Assembly (NCBI GenBank): GCA_963702005.1
Contig: OY969696.1
Coordinates: forward strand, 96,001 to 160,000
Origin: Candidatus Aminicenantes bacterium
GTDB taxonomy: Bacteria; Acidobacteriota; Aminicenantia; Aminicenantales; JAFGBC01
Length of the DNA stretch: 64,000 bases
Direction of reading: 5' to 3'
The position numbers and the translations under genes were made by a program. Positions within the stretch are counted from its first letter, which is position 1, and every line of letters starts with the position of its first letter. Below the pieces are notes generated by a model. That model worked only from the letters and a program-made list of their open reading frames with translations. It was not told where the DNA came from and did no database searches. This document shows positions 1 to 8,885 of this stretch, piece after piece.

Positions 1-51
1 CTTCCAGCGTGCGTCCAGCTCGACGTCTTCCCTTATGAAATCCGAGCGCAT
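1..51 (-). CDS. 5' end of a gene running off the left edge (MRSDFIREDVELDARWK...)
   Basis: ATG at 51 overlaps the TGA stop of 51..665 (TGATG coupling); frame is open to the window edge. Confidence 0.55.
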   Translation of the reverse strand, partial: MRSDFIREDVELDARWK

Positions 52-665
52 CACCATCTGCCGACCTCCAGCAGCCAGCGGCCCACGGAAACCGCAAGGA
101 TGGGGTCTGGATTTATCGTCCGCGGAGCCTGGATGACCTGGGGCTCTCCGACGAAGCTGCCGTGCCAGGTAAAGCCGGCGTCGAGGAGCGCGCGCGCCAT
201 TTTCAGAATCCTTGCCGGAATCGGCCTGTCATACTCCTCGACGCTCTGGAACCTCCATCTGACGTTGAGGCCGCGGAGCGGCACTCCGCGGATCTCGAAC
301 CTGCTGCCCGGCTCCTTGCTGAGCTTTGCAAGAGGCCGGAGACTAAGGCCCGCCCTGTTAGCAACGACGATGGCCTTGTTCGTGAGGTCGAAGAAAAACC
401 TGTCCTCCACTTCCAGGATGTGGTGCTTCACCTGGTTGCGGAATCCGAGCTCGTGCGCCGCCCTTGCGCCTTCGAGCGCCTCCCTGACGCCCTCCCTTTC
501 TTTCTTGATGAGCCAGCGGTATTCGGTCATTTCCTTGAGGCTCCGGGCCAGCCTCTCCCTTCTAGCCGGCTCCAGGACGCAGGACGAGAAGGCCTGAATG
601 GCCTCCTCGTTCCCGTTCGCCCTGTCCGCCAATACGTCGCTTTGCCGAAATTCACGTTCGTCCAA
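51..665 (-). CDS. hypothetical protein, 204 aa
   Basis: TTG start preceded by AGGAGG; third gene of a leftward operon; no motif recognised. Confidence 0.7.
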   Translation of the reverse strand: MDEREFRQSDVLADRANGNEEAIQAFSSCVLEPARRERLARSLKEMTEYRWLIKKEREGVREALEGARAAHELGFRNQVKHHILEVEDRFFFDLTNKAIVVANRAGLSLRPLAKLSKEPGSRFEIRGVPLRGLNVRWRFQSVEEYDRPIPARILKMARALLDAGFTWHGSFVGEPQVIQAPRTINPDPILAVSVGRWLLEVGRW

Positions 666-716
666 GAGGTCCTCCTTTTTTTCTTATTAATTCCGGGAGC
701 TTCGCTCCCGGCATCG

Positions 717-935
717 TCACGCCGCTTTTAGTGCCTTATCTCCATGTTCCCGCGCTTCTGAGTCGTTCTCTGCCTTCTCCTCCTTGACCTGACGTGCGTC
801 CCCCGACTTCTGCCCGTTCCCTTTGCCGGGATCGCGGCGAGAGTCGCTTGGACTCTCCCCTGTCTTCTTCGGCCATGAAGGCTCGAAGATGGCTAACATC
901 CTGAAATAGCTTTCGAGAAAGACGTGGTTACTCAT
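717..935 (-). CDS. small hypothetical protein, 72 aa
   Basis: AAGGAGG Shine-Dalgarno just upstream of the ATG; co-oriented with neighbours. Confidence 0.55.
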   Translation of the reverse strand: MSNHVFLESYFRMLAIFEPSWPKKTGESPSDSRRDPGKGNGQKSGDARQVKEEKAENDSEAREHGDKALKAA

Positions 936-981
936 CGTAACCTCCTTCTGCGAAGGGCTATAGCCCTCGCATTATTAAGTC

Positions 982-1179
982 CTATTCTGCGGTCCGTTCC
1001 CCAGTTCGGACGCCTGAAGCACTTAAGGGCTCTTTTGGCTTTACCTGAGGGAATTCCCAAATATCCTCGTGCCAGTGGAGATTGTTCTTGAGTAAAACAG
1101 GGTGTGAGGGTTCGCCTTTCAGGAGACCTCTTACAATCGGGCCGAGGACATGCTTTTTATTCCTGTTTGAGACGAACAT
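982..1179 (-). CDS. small hypothetical protein, 65 aa, first gene of the leftward operon
   Basis: AAAGGAGG RBS before the ATG; lies just downstream of the leftward promoter. Confidence 0.55.
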   Translation of the reverse strand: MFVSNRNKKHVLGPIVRGLLKGEPSHPVLLKNNLHWHEDIWEFPQVKPKEPLSASGVRTGERTAE

Positions 1180-1198
1180 GCCGACCTCCTTTCAATGA

Positions 1199-1292
1199 TG
1201 CCAATGTCTATACCTTTTGTATAATAGACATCATTGCTGCCAATGTCAAGACCTAATAGCTGCTTGACAACATCGCACTATTTTGATAGATT
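1199..1292. promoter_or_regulatory. back-to-back sigma70-type promoters with candidate operator repeats
   Basis: Rightward TTGACA(1264-1269)-N17-TAGATT(1287-1292); leftward TTGACA(1249-1244)-N17-TATTAT(1226-1221); direct repeat TGCCAATGTC at 1199-1208 and 1238-1247. Confidence 0.7.
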
Positions 1293-1298
1293 TAATTC

Positions 1299-1760
1299 AT
1301 GAAAAAATTCGGAGAGCTTCTAAAAGGATTTCGAGAAAGAGCCGGTCTATCTCAGTACGAGTTATCCGACCTGGTTAAAATCCACCCTTCCCATATAAGC
1401 AGGCTTGAAAGAGGGGAAAGGAAGCCGAGACTGAAGAACGTGATACGCTTCATCAATGCGCTTTGCCTTAACGAAGAAGACGGAAACAAGCTTCTTCAAG
1501 CGGCAGGCTATTCTTCGAAAATTAACAAACCCCTCGTTTTTCATTCGCCTTTAGCCTTATACAATTTTGATCCGGACATCGCGGATTTCGATGCGACGAA
1601 AATTAACAATCCGGCAATCAAAGCCGTTTATGAGGCGCTGTCCGATCCGGAGTTATCCACAGAAGCAAAAAAAGAAATTGCGGTATCAGTGAAATCTTTA
1701 GCAGATTGGCTTAGAGATAAGATGAAGAAAGAATATCTTTCCCAAGCGAAAAAGCATTGA
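1299..1760 (+). CDS. XRE/Cro-C1 family helix-turn-helix transcriptional regulator
   Basis: FGELLKGFRERAGLSQYELSDLVKIHPSHISRLERGERKP is a canonical HTH_3 signature. Confidence 0.9.
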   Translation: MKKFGELLKGFRERAGLSQYELSDLVKIHPSHISRLERGERKPRLKNVIRFINALCLNEEDGNKLLQAAGYSSKINKPLVFHSPLALYNFDPDIADFDATKINNPAIKAVYEALSDPELSTEAKKEIAVSVKSLADWLRDKMKKEYLSQAKKH

Positions 1761-3022
1761 ACGATTCGTTTCCTGATTTCCTATCGCTCAGTCACGCCTC
1801 ATATATAAGTAAAAGCCAAGAGTCGACAGGATATTTTAGCCCTCCTTACTTCGCCTTTATTCCTCATAAACTCAAGTCCTTCGATTCATACGAGCTAAAC
1901 TGGGCCTACAGTTTCTGGCATGAATTCTGGCACATGCGGAACAAGCAATGGTGCTATTTGGGCTCTTACGAGCTGATCCTCAACTATATTGCCGAAGATC
2001 TTTTGCTTTATGCCGCCAGCTCATCAATTTCTGATAAGACTTCGTTACAAAATAATCGTCATTTGAAGAAAGCTCTTGACATCGTAGAAAAGCTCTATCT
2101 GCTTCATCAGGTTTCTACCGTAGCAAATGAATTATCCCCTACCTATTACTTGCTAAACGAACGAACCCAATCGATTGTCTCATCTTCCCTGCAGGAATAT
2201 ATCTTGTCCACTTATTTCCCAAAGAAGAAATTTACTTCCCAACATGTCGCGGAGTATGTCCAAAAACACGGGGAGATCTTGCTTCGCAAACTTGAGAATG
2301 AGCCAGCTACCATAAGAAGGCCCGAGCATATCGAAGCATTCGTTTTAGGGACCTCGATAATTAATAAATGGCGTGATGTCTCTTACATTGACTCGATTCC
2401 TCTCCTGAGCATGCATATCAATATCTCTTATCTCGATCTATTCGAAAAAAATTTTAAATCACTGAGAAATCTAATCAAAAGCCTCCCCTTGCTGCTCAAT
2501 CCCGATTACCGTTTAAAAAAGATGGTTAAAGAAGGCGCCTTGCTCGTTTCTAGGAACAGGGAAAAGAACGATGCTCTATTTGTCTCAAACCTGCTCAGAA
2601 TGGCAACTCACAAAGACCTGCCGGCCAGCCTCAGAAAGAACAGAGCGGACATTAAAAGCCGATTGGACGAGGTCGTCAAGAGTGAAAGGACCGAGCGTCC
2701 TTCTCCGCGCAGAAAAATAAGTCAGCCAATCTTGATGTTCCCCACCGAAGCCGGAGATCTCTTCATTACTGAACCGGTCTACAAAAGAACCAACAAGATG
2801 GAAATCGTTCAAAGGATGCTTTCCATTTGCTATGCATCCGAATTGCTGTTAAGGTTATCGAGTTATTTCAGATACTCAAATGATATGCTTAGGGCCATCC
2901 GCTTCTCGCTAGCTTTTTTGAAGCAGAAGGTTAAAACCCCTTCCCTAATTTACGAACACATAGAACAAATATTGAAAAACAGCTTTGACAAGAAGATTAT
3001 CAATAGAATTATCCCTGAATAA
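1757..3022 (+). CDS. hypothetical protein with an N-terminal HExxH motif (possible zinc metallopeptidase)
   Basis: FWHEFWH motif near residue 55; TTG start overlaps the XRE stop codon (coupled). Confidence 0.6.
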   Translation: MNDSFPDFLSLSHASYISKSQESTGYFSPPYFAFIPHKLKSFDSYELNWAYSFWHEFWHMRNKQWCYLGSYELILNYIAEDLLLYAASSSISDKTSLQNNRHLKKALDIVEKLYLLHQVSTVANELSPTYYLLNERTQSIVSSSLQEYILSTYFPKKKFTSQHVAEYVQKHGEILLRKLENEPATIRRPEHIEAFVLGTSIINKWRDVSYIDSIPLLSMHINISYLDLFEKNFKSLRNLIKSLPLLLNPDYRLKKMVKEGALLVSRNREKNDALFVSNLLRMATHKDLPASLRKNRADIKSRLDEVVKSERTERPSPRRKISQPILMFPTEAGDLFITEPVYKRTNKMEIVQRMLSICYASELLLRLSSYFRYSNDMLRAIRFSLAFLKQKVKTPSLIYEHIEQILKNSFDKKIINRIIPE

Positions 3023-3383
3023 TTTTAATTGTTTCCTTTCCAAATACCATGTCCGGAAATCTTAGAAATGATTCTGCCCATACGACTGATTCTTCGTACA
3101 TTCTTGCCAGCTTCGCACGTTTTTTAAAAGACAGCATACCTGGGCTGCTTCCATAGGTTAAGATGATATAAGTTCCGCCCCTGTGATGAACCGCTTCATT
3201 TGCCAATCTTGCATATTTCTTTCCGCATTTTCCCAGTTCTTTAAGAGCGCCCAAGTGTTCCGCTGCCGAATACAAATCTTTTTTCCATCTTTTCAAATAA
3301 TGCGTGCTTCGCACAAATTTATCTAAGTACTCAGGCTCCATCTCAGAAGATGCCAGAATTTTATACCCTATTTTCGACATCAC
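3009..3383 (-). CDS. hypothetical protein, 124 aa
   Basis: Open frame in an AT-rich block, convergent with 1757..3022. Confidence 0.5.
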   Translation of the reverse strand: MMSKIGYKILASSEMEPEYLDKFVRSTHYLKRWKKDLYSAAEHLGALKELGKCGKKYARLANEAVHHRGGTYIILTYGSSPGMLSFKKRAKLARMYEESVVWAESFLRFPDMVFGKETIKIIQG

Positions 3384-3551
3384 ACCCAGATAATACTTTT
3401 TTCTGATAGTCCCACATCATGTTTTTGTTCCTTGGTTTTATATCTACCCTATCTGCATCCCCTCCCCCTCCCATTAAATGAGAATTCCTCCCGCGTTTCA
3501 GCGTCTTTCCTCATGAGGCCTCGGATCCGCGCAAGCGTCTTTTTCAGCAAA

Positions 3552-3582
3552 GCCGGGACGCCGGGATCTTCCCGGCCCCGGC
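3552..3582 (-). terminator. GC-rich hairpin, possible intrinsic terminator of 3617..3844
   Basis: GCCGGGGCCGGGA-AGA-TCCCGGCGTCCCGGC followed by TTT on the minus strand. Confidence 0.4.
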
Positions 3583-3616
3583 CGGGCCTCTTTCCATCTA
3601 TTCGGCGGACAGGATA

Positions 3617-3844
3617 TTATCTCAGGCTTCCTCCGATGCAATAAGCACAATTGTCGTAGCCTTCGGCATGGGCTTGGGCCAGGGTGTCCGGAGAGAACGT
3701 CCTGGCGTTGCCAGCGCGGATTATTTCATCAATCTGGCACCCTGAAGGGCTCTTATCCTCGCTGTCCAGGTCATGGACTTCATTCTTGCTCTTGTTGCCG
3801 CAAAACCTATTGCCATAAAGTGGATAGCCGAATCATCTCGACAT
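3617..3844 (-). pseudogene. small Cys-containing protein gene with an in-frame TGA at codon 4 (absent from the ORF track)
   Basis: GGGAGG RBS, then MSR*FGYPLYGNRFCGNKSKNEVHDLDSEDKSPSGCQIDEIIRAGNARTFSPDTLAQAHAEGYDNCAYCIGGSLR-TAA; TGA at 3835-3833. Confidence 0.65.
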
Positions 3845-4090
3845 GACTCAACCTCCCTTTTTTTATATGGTCTAGAAATGTATTGTTATTTAATGAGACA
3901 TTATCTTTTATATTAGGATTAACACCTAAAATTGGCTTATCCTTCTTTTTCTTCTTTTCATCTAAAAAGGCAATTTTTGCCAAGACAATTGATACTGATC
4001 TCTAATCTAATAACATATGAAAGGGAGGCATTAGGATCAAGGATGGGATAATATCCAACAAAATGTTAGTTTATGAAGGGGAGGTCTAAA

Positions 4091-4309
4091 ATGACGCGTG
4101 CGAAAATTGATTTAGTCAAAAGGAAACTCGAAGCTTCGGGAATTGCATCCATGGCCTCACGCGACGTCATAGATGCAAGTAATACAAATAAGGCGGCCAA
4201 TGCATGTCAGCCGGCTTGTGAGGCCTCGTGCCCACAAAATTGCTCGTCAACATGTAATACATGTAGCCCAAGCTGCACAACATGCCAGACTGGTGGATCT
4301 AAAAAGTAA
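4091..4309 (+). CDS. Cys-rich RiPP precursor peptide 1 (8 Cys; degenerate Tat-like leader)
   Basis: GGGAGG RBS before ATG 4091; core CQPACEASCPQNCSSTCNTCSPSCTTCQTGGSKK; paralog of 4341..4565; upstream of a radical SAM/SPASM gene. Confidence 0.85.
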   Translation: MTRAKIDLVKRKLEASGIASMASRDVIDASNTNKAANACQPACEASCPQNCSSTCNTCSPSCTTCQTGGSKK

Positions 4310-4340
4310 TCTTTAATGATTTAGTTGAAAAGAGGTCAAC

Positions 4341-4565
4341 ATGACCAATGAAAAGATCGATTTAGTACGAAGGAAATTATTAAAGTCAGGGCTTGCCGCG
4401 ATAGCCTCGGGCGGCCTTGTCGGCGCTGCTATCCTTGCCACCCCACATAAAGCTTCGGCGAATTGTCCGAGCGTTTGCTCAACTTCGTGTCCCGGAGATT
4501 GCTCGGTAACGTGTAATACATGTAGCCAAGGTTGCTCAACATGCCAGACTGGATCTAGCAAATAA
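4341..4565 (+). CDS. Cys-rich RiPP precursor peptide 2 (8 Cys; twin-arginine signal peptide)
   Basis: RRKLLK, hydrophobic SGLAAIASGGLVGAAILA and an ASA cleavage site; core NCPSVCSTSCPGDCSVTCNTCSQGCSTCQTGSSK. Confidence 0.88.
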   Translation: MTNEKIDLVRRKLLKSGLAAIASGGLVGAAILATPHKASANCPSVCSTSCPGDCSVTCNTCSQGCSTCQTGSSK

Positions 4566-4796
4566 GCCTGGTCAGCGTAATTTAATATTTCAATGGCAGC
4601 TTAATGATATTTCTGCTTTGAATTAGCCAAATTAGGAATAAGCAGTGGGTTGCTATATTTAAAGGAAGAATGAGGTTTATTTATTGATCTTTTTTTTAAA
4701 ATTAGCGATGGATATTTGGGAACAACAACTATATTTAGGCAACAGTTATTATTTAATGCTCAATTTGAAAATATATGATAAAAAAAGGAGGATGGC

Positions 4797-6230
4797 GTGC
4801 TAAATCAAGATAAAATATACCTTATAAATCCAAATTATGGAATAAGGAATGAAAAGACCAAAATATTAATATATGAGCAGGATCCAACAGATGGCGAAAT
4901 AGTAAAGTACAATTGTTTTAATCCAATTTATGGAATTTTTCTATCATTATTTGATGGGAAGAATACGTTCAAGGAAATTATCCAATTATACAGTCATTTA
5001 ATCGGCTCAAACTCATCCTTTGAAGATAATGCAAAGGGAATTGATAATTATATAAATCTACTTGAATCGAATTTTGGTCCAGAGTTGTTCCTGGATAAAA
5101 ATCAAATAGAATTAACAAATGTTCCAGAATACGATCCAATAAACTTTATCATTGACAAAAACGATATAGACCTATCCAATTCTCGTTTATCGGCGCCACT
5201 GAGTCTGAACTATGACGTGACGTTCAAATGCCCAAGAAATTGTATTTATTGTTATGCCGAGAATAATTATGCTCCGAGGATGACATTGCTCCCTCTTGAA
5301 CGAGTCAAAGAAATTATTGATGAAGCGAAAAATATTGGAGTAAAATATATTATTCTTGGGGGTGGAGATCCCTTCTCAAGGAAAGAATTTATTAAATTAT
5401 TGTCTTTAATCATAGAGAATGAAATAAAATATTTCGTATCAACAAAATCGTATTTATCTGAATACGTGTGCAAAGAATTACAAAAAATAGGGATGTTAAG
5501 AATTCAGGTAAGCATTGATTCAGCAAATGAAAAAACAGCTGATTTAATGACAGGCAGCAAAGGCTATTTTAAGCAGATAATCAGCTCTATAAAGAACCTG
5601 CAAAATAGTGGAATTGCTGTCAGATGCAAGGCAATAGTAACATCGCTAAATTTCAGAGAGATACCAAACCTCCTTTCATTCCTAGACACGCTAGGAATAA
5701 GGACGATTCAAGTGACTGGATATGGCATGTCAATGTATAGGCATTCTGAAAGCTTATTTATTACGAAGGAAGGTGAAAGATGGCTTTCAGAACGAGTAAA
5801 TGAGTTCAAGGACTTACATCCACATATAAAGATTATTTATGGAGGATTCGGATCAGAGTATCTGACCAAAGAAGATAAAGAGAGGGCCTGGAAAGGAAGA
5901 GCAAAATGTAGTGCTGGCAGAAGCGCATTGAATATTATTCCCAATGGCAAAGTTTCTTTTTGCGAACAGCTCCCCTCCACACCTGATTTTATCTTCGGTG
6001 ACCTAGCAAAACAATCGATCTTTGAAGCATGGAATTCTGACCAGCTAAAAGAATTACTGCTCCCAGATAAAAATAATTTTAAGGGAACTCCGTGTTTTGA
6101 TTGTGAAGAATTTATTGAATGCAATTCAGGCATGGGGAGATGCATAAGAGATTCTTTCAACATATTTAGATCAAAATATGCGCCGGATCCAAAATGTCCC
6201 AGAGTTATACAACCCGTTAAGATGTCATAA
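4797..6230 (+). CDS. radical SAM/SPASM peptide maturase with a probable N-terminal RRE (PqqD-like) domain
   Basis: CPRNCIYC (CxxxCxxC), GGGDPF, SPASM CSAGRS...GKVSFCEQ...CFDCEEFIEC...GRC...PDPKC; N-terminal FLSLFDGKNTFKEII winged-helix-like segment; AAGGAGG RBS with GTG start. Confidence 0.92.
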   Translation: MLNQDKIYLINPNYGIRNEKTKILIYEQDPTDGEIVKYNCFNPIYGIFLSLFDGKNTFKEIIQLYSHLIGSNSSFEDNAKGIDNYINLLESNFGPELFLDKNQIELTNVPEYDPINFIIDKNDIDLSNSRLSAPLSLNYDVTFKCPRNCIYCYAENNYAPRMTLLPLERVKEIIDEAKNIGVKYIILGGGDPFSRKEFIKLLSLIIENEIKYFVSTKSYLSEYVCKELQKIGMLRIQVSIDSANEKTADLMTGSKGYFKQIISSIKNLQNSGIAVRCKAIVTSLNFREIPNLLSFLDTLGIRTIQVTGYGMSMYRHSESLFITKEGERWLSERVNEFKDLHPHIKIIYGGFGSEYLTKEDKERAWKGRAKCSAGRSALNIIPNGKVSFCEQLPSTPDFIFGDLAKQSIFEAWNSDQLKELLLPDKNNFKGTPCFDCEEFIECNSGMGRCIRDSFNIFRSKYAPDPKCPRVIQPVKMS

Positions 6231-6290
6231 TTTGATAATTAAATCAAATTTATTTTATTGCTCTACGTTTTTTCCTGAAGGAGGATTTGG

Positions 6291-7445
6291 ATGCACAAGA
6301 AGATTCTGTTTATAGGATTAACTATAATTATCTCTACGTCATGTCTAGCTAACGATAGTAGACATTTCATTTTAGGCAAAGAACAGGGAGAGGGCAATTT
6401 AATATATCCATGGCATATTCAAGAGGGACCCGATGGAAACATATATGTTATGGACCAAGGTGATGCATATATAAAAGTATATTCTCCTGAAGGAAATTAT
6501 TTAAAGAGAATTGGAGGAAAAGGCCAAGGGCCAGGAGAATTTCAAAGAGCAGATGGCGCCAATTTTGGTTTTACACTGGGAGGCAAATTATATTTTACTG
6601 AATTCTTCGGAGGGCATAAGTGGATTACTTTGATCGATTTATCGGCGCGGCTAGATAAAGTTATTCATCCGGACATTGAACAAGCGTACGGTATTAACAA
6701 TTCTTTTTCTCTCGAAGATGGCGGATTTATTATCGAGGCCTGGTATAGTTCGATTCCAGAAATAAAAAGGGATTACTTTTTATACCATTATCCTCAATCT
6801 CTTTTAAGAATCGATTCAACCGGGAAGATCATTTCTGAAATAGTAAAGGCAAACTATTTTAAAACAATTTCCGCTTCAAGTAGCGGAGCGGATCAATGGC
6901 TTCCATATGTTCCAGCCTTCGCATGGACACCATATGATAAAGAATTAATACTCTTCTCGGATGGGCTTAATAATAAACTTAAGGTCTTTACTTACTCAGG
7001 ATCGTTTATTAATGAAATTAGGACTGAGCTTCCTGAACCAGAACCAGTTAAAGATAGTGATCTAAATGAGTGGAGAAGAACTAGGAGGGAAGCTATAAGA
7101 GATAGTTCGTGGTTTAATACGTTTGGAAAAGTGATTAATCAATATAAAAATTCCCTTTATGATAAGAAGCCAATTTTAGACAATATTTTTTCAACCCCTG
7201 ATGAGAATATCCTTATTGAAAGGTCGGTAAAAGAGGAGGGAACAAAAGAATTCTGGTTAATCGATAGAAATGGCAAAACAATCATTAAGACAGATATAGC
7301 TACTGAAAGATTAAGGATAGCTAAGCATTTCATATTCTTCATAGTAAAGGATGAAGAAGAAAATATTTTTGTTATTTGTTTGAAAAGAGTCGGGAATGAA
7401 AGCGAAGATCTTTTTACGGCACATAATATAAAAATATCGGAATAG
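6291..7445 (+). CDS. secreted 6-bladed beta-propeller (NHL-like) protein
   Basis: Signal peptide; DGNIYVMDQGDAYIKVYSPEGNYLKRIGGKGQGPGEF motif. Confidence 0.85.
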   Translation: MHKKILFIGLTIIISTSCLANDSRHFILGKEQGEGNLIYPWHIQEGPDGNIYVMDQGDAYIKVYSPEGNYLKRIGGKGQGPGEFQRADGANFGFTLGGKLYFTEFFGGHKWITLIDLSARLDKVIHPDIEQAYGINNSFSLEDGGFIIEAWYSSIPEIKRDYFLYHYPQSLLRIDSTGKIISEIVKANYFKTISASSSGADQWLPYVPAFAWTPYDKELILFSDGLNNKLKVFTYSGSFINEIRTELPEPEPVKDSDLNEWRRTRREAIRDSSWFNTFGKVINQYKNSLYDKKPILDNIFSTPDENILIERSVKEEGTKEFWLIDRNGKTIIKTDIATERLRIAKHFIFFIVKDEEENIFVICLKRVGNESEDLFTAHNIKISE

Positions 7446-7655
7446 TTGCCAATTTTCCCATTTATTCCCTGACTATTTGCGATTAATGGCCAGGCGAAAG
7501 ATTTCAATTTATCACTTCCAAAGATTAATAGTATCGATAAACATAATAGGCTAAATTGCAATTCATATTTCCAGATCATTGATTCATTTCCATGGAAATT
7601 CGAAGCCGATATGTTCAGGCTATTTTCTAAAAAGGGGACTTTTGAATATATTGCA

Positions 7656-8114
7656 TCATTCCATTTTCAACTTACAAAGAATTGTTATATGCGTTCCTAG
7701 CGCTTTATTTATTTTCCTCAATTTGCTCTCGATAAGATAAATATAATCATTTTTCTTAATCTTACACTTACGAAGATTAAATTGACAGTTTTTTAAATCC
7801 ACCGGGGAACAGACAAAATATTTCTTAAATTGCTTAATAAAATTCGAATAGTCGCCAAATCCCGATTCAAAGCATATTTCTGTCGTCGTTGTTTTAATAT
7901 TTGATCTCATTAAGCGTTTTGCTTCATATAATCGTCTTAAAATTACATATTTCTTAATTGTCAAACCAGTCTCTCTATGAAATACTCTCATTAAGTAATA
8001 TTTACTCAGATTGCATGCCTCAGATATTTCATTAAGAGAAATATCTGAATTAAATTCCTCGTTAATAAAAGATAGAGCATCGCGCACTCTTTGTGAAAAG
8101 ATACAATCTTTCAT
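7656..8114 (-). CDS. AraC-family HTH transcriptional regulator (DNA-binding domain only)
   Basis: ISLNEISEACNLSKYYLMRVFHRETG...RRLYEAKRLM...EICFESGFGDYSNFIKQFKKYF. Confidence 0.9.
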   Translation of the reverse strand: MKDCIFSQRVRDALSFINEEFNSDISLNEISEACNLSKYYLMRVFHRETGLTIKKYVILRRLYEAKRLMRSNIKTTTTEICFESGFGDYSNFIKQFKKYFVCSPVDLKNCQFNLRKCKIKKNDYIYLIESKLRKINKALGTHITILCKLKME

Positions 8115-8159
8115 TTCTATTGAAATTAGAGCAATTTTACAAATCTACCATCTTGTCCG

Positions 8160-8885
8160 TCATGCGCCCCAGGCCATATAGCCGAGCAATATAAATCCAA
8201 ATATATACGCCCAGGTCTGGAACGGCGGATAAATCCATGGAATAGATCTTGAAAGCTGCGCTAGCCGTGCGGCTTCCTTCGCGTCTTTAGAGGCGGCTTT
8301 GCGTTCGCTGAGATTTGCGGTGATCGACGGCAGAGCCGGCCTAAATCCTTTCCAGCTTCCTTTGCCTATCAAGAGGTCTGCTATCTGGCCGGAACGAGTT
8401 TCATAAACCGGCTTCGGATCGTCGTTAGATATTGGGCGGACGAAGTCAAAATAGGTGCTTATCAAGATGAGATATGCCAATAGCGGAACGCAGAAATTCC
8501 AAAATCTCAGCACGAACGCCGCAATCGCTTGACGCGGGTCCTGATGTCCATGCGAGCCACGCGGCGGGCTAAGAAGCACTTCGATGTGTTCGGAAGGCTC
8601 CTTTATTTCATGCTGCGCTGCGGCACGCAGGTTGAGAAGTTCGCGCAGAGCCAAATAAACGTTGCAGAAGGCTCCTAAAATAAAAATCGGGCCGAAGATG
8701 GGAAGGAATCCAACGTTGATGCTGCCGGCGAGCCAGCTCACTGGTGACTCGACCTCCCACGTCGGCAGCCGGCTGACGCCCGCGATAAGAAGAACGGTTC
8801 CGCTGGTGACCATGGCCAAACGGCCGAATCTCGCCCTGGCCGCGACATATGCTTCGAGAACATCCATTTTCTCAGCCTCCCTCAT
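8160..8885 (-). CDS. hypothetical membrane protein, 241 aa
   Basis: About four hydrophobic segments; ATGA overlap with the upstream nuclease gene. Confidence 0.65.
   Translation of the reverse strand: MREAEKMDVLEAYVAARARFGRLAMVTSGTVLLIAGVSRLPTWEVESPVSWLAGSINVGFLPIFGPIFILGAFCNVYLALRELLNLRAAAQHEIKEPSEHIEVLLSPPRGSHGHQDPRQAIAAFVLRFWNFCVPLLAYLILISTYFDFVRPISNDDPKPVYETRSGQIADLLIGKGSWKGFRPALPSITANLSERKAASKDAKEAARLAQLSRSIPWIYPPFQTWAYIFGFILLGYMAWGA

Noticed and set aside
1757-3022. alpha-ketoglutarate HExxH RiPP hydroxylase belonging to the radical SAM cluster
   Set aside because: The motif is N-terminal, and the gene is coupled to the XRE and separated from the precursors by two opposite-strand genes
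4313-4561. 82 aa minus-strand ORF
   Set aside because: Antisense shadow of precursor 2
4091-4565. Simple metallothionein or ferredoxin interpretation of the Cys-rich peptides
   Set aside because: A leader/core layout, a Tat signal and an adjacent RRE-SPASM enzyme fit RiPP precursors better; metal binding is not excluded
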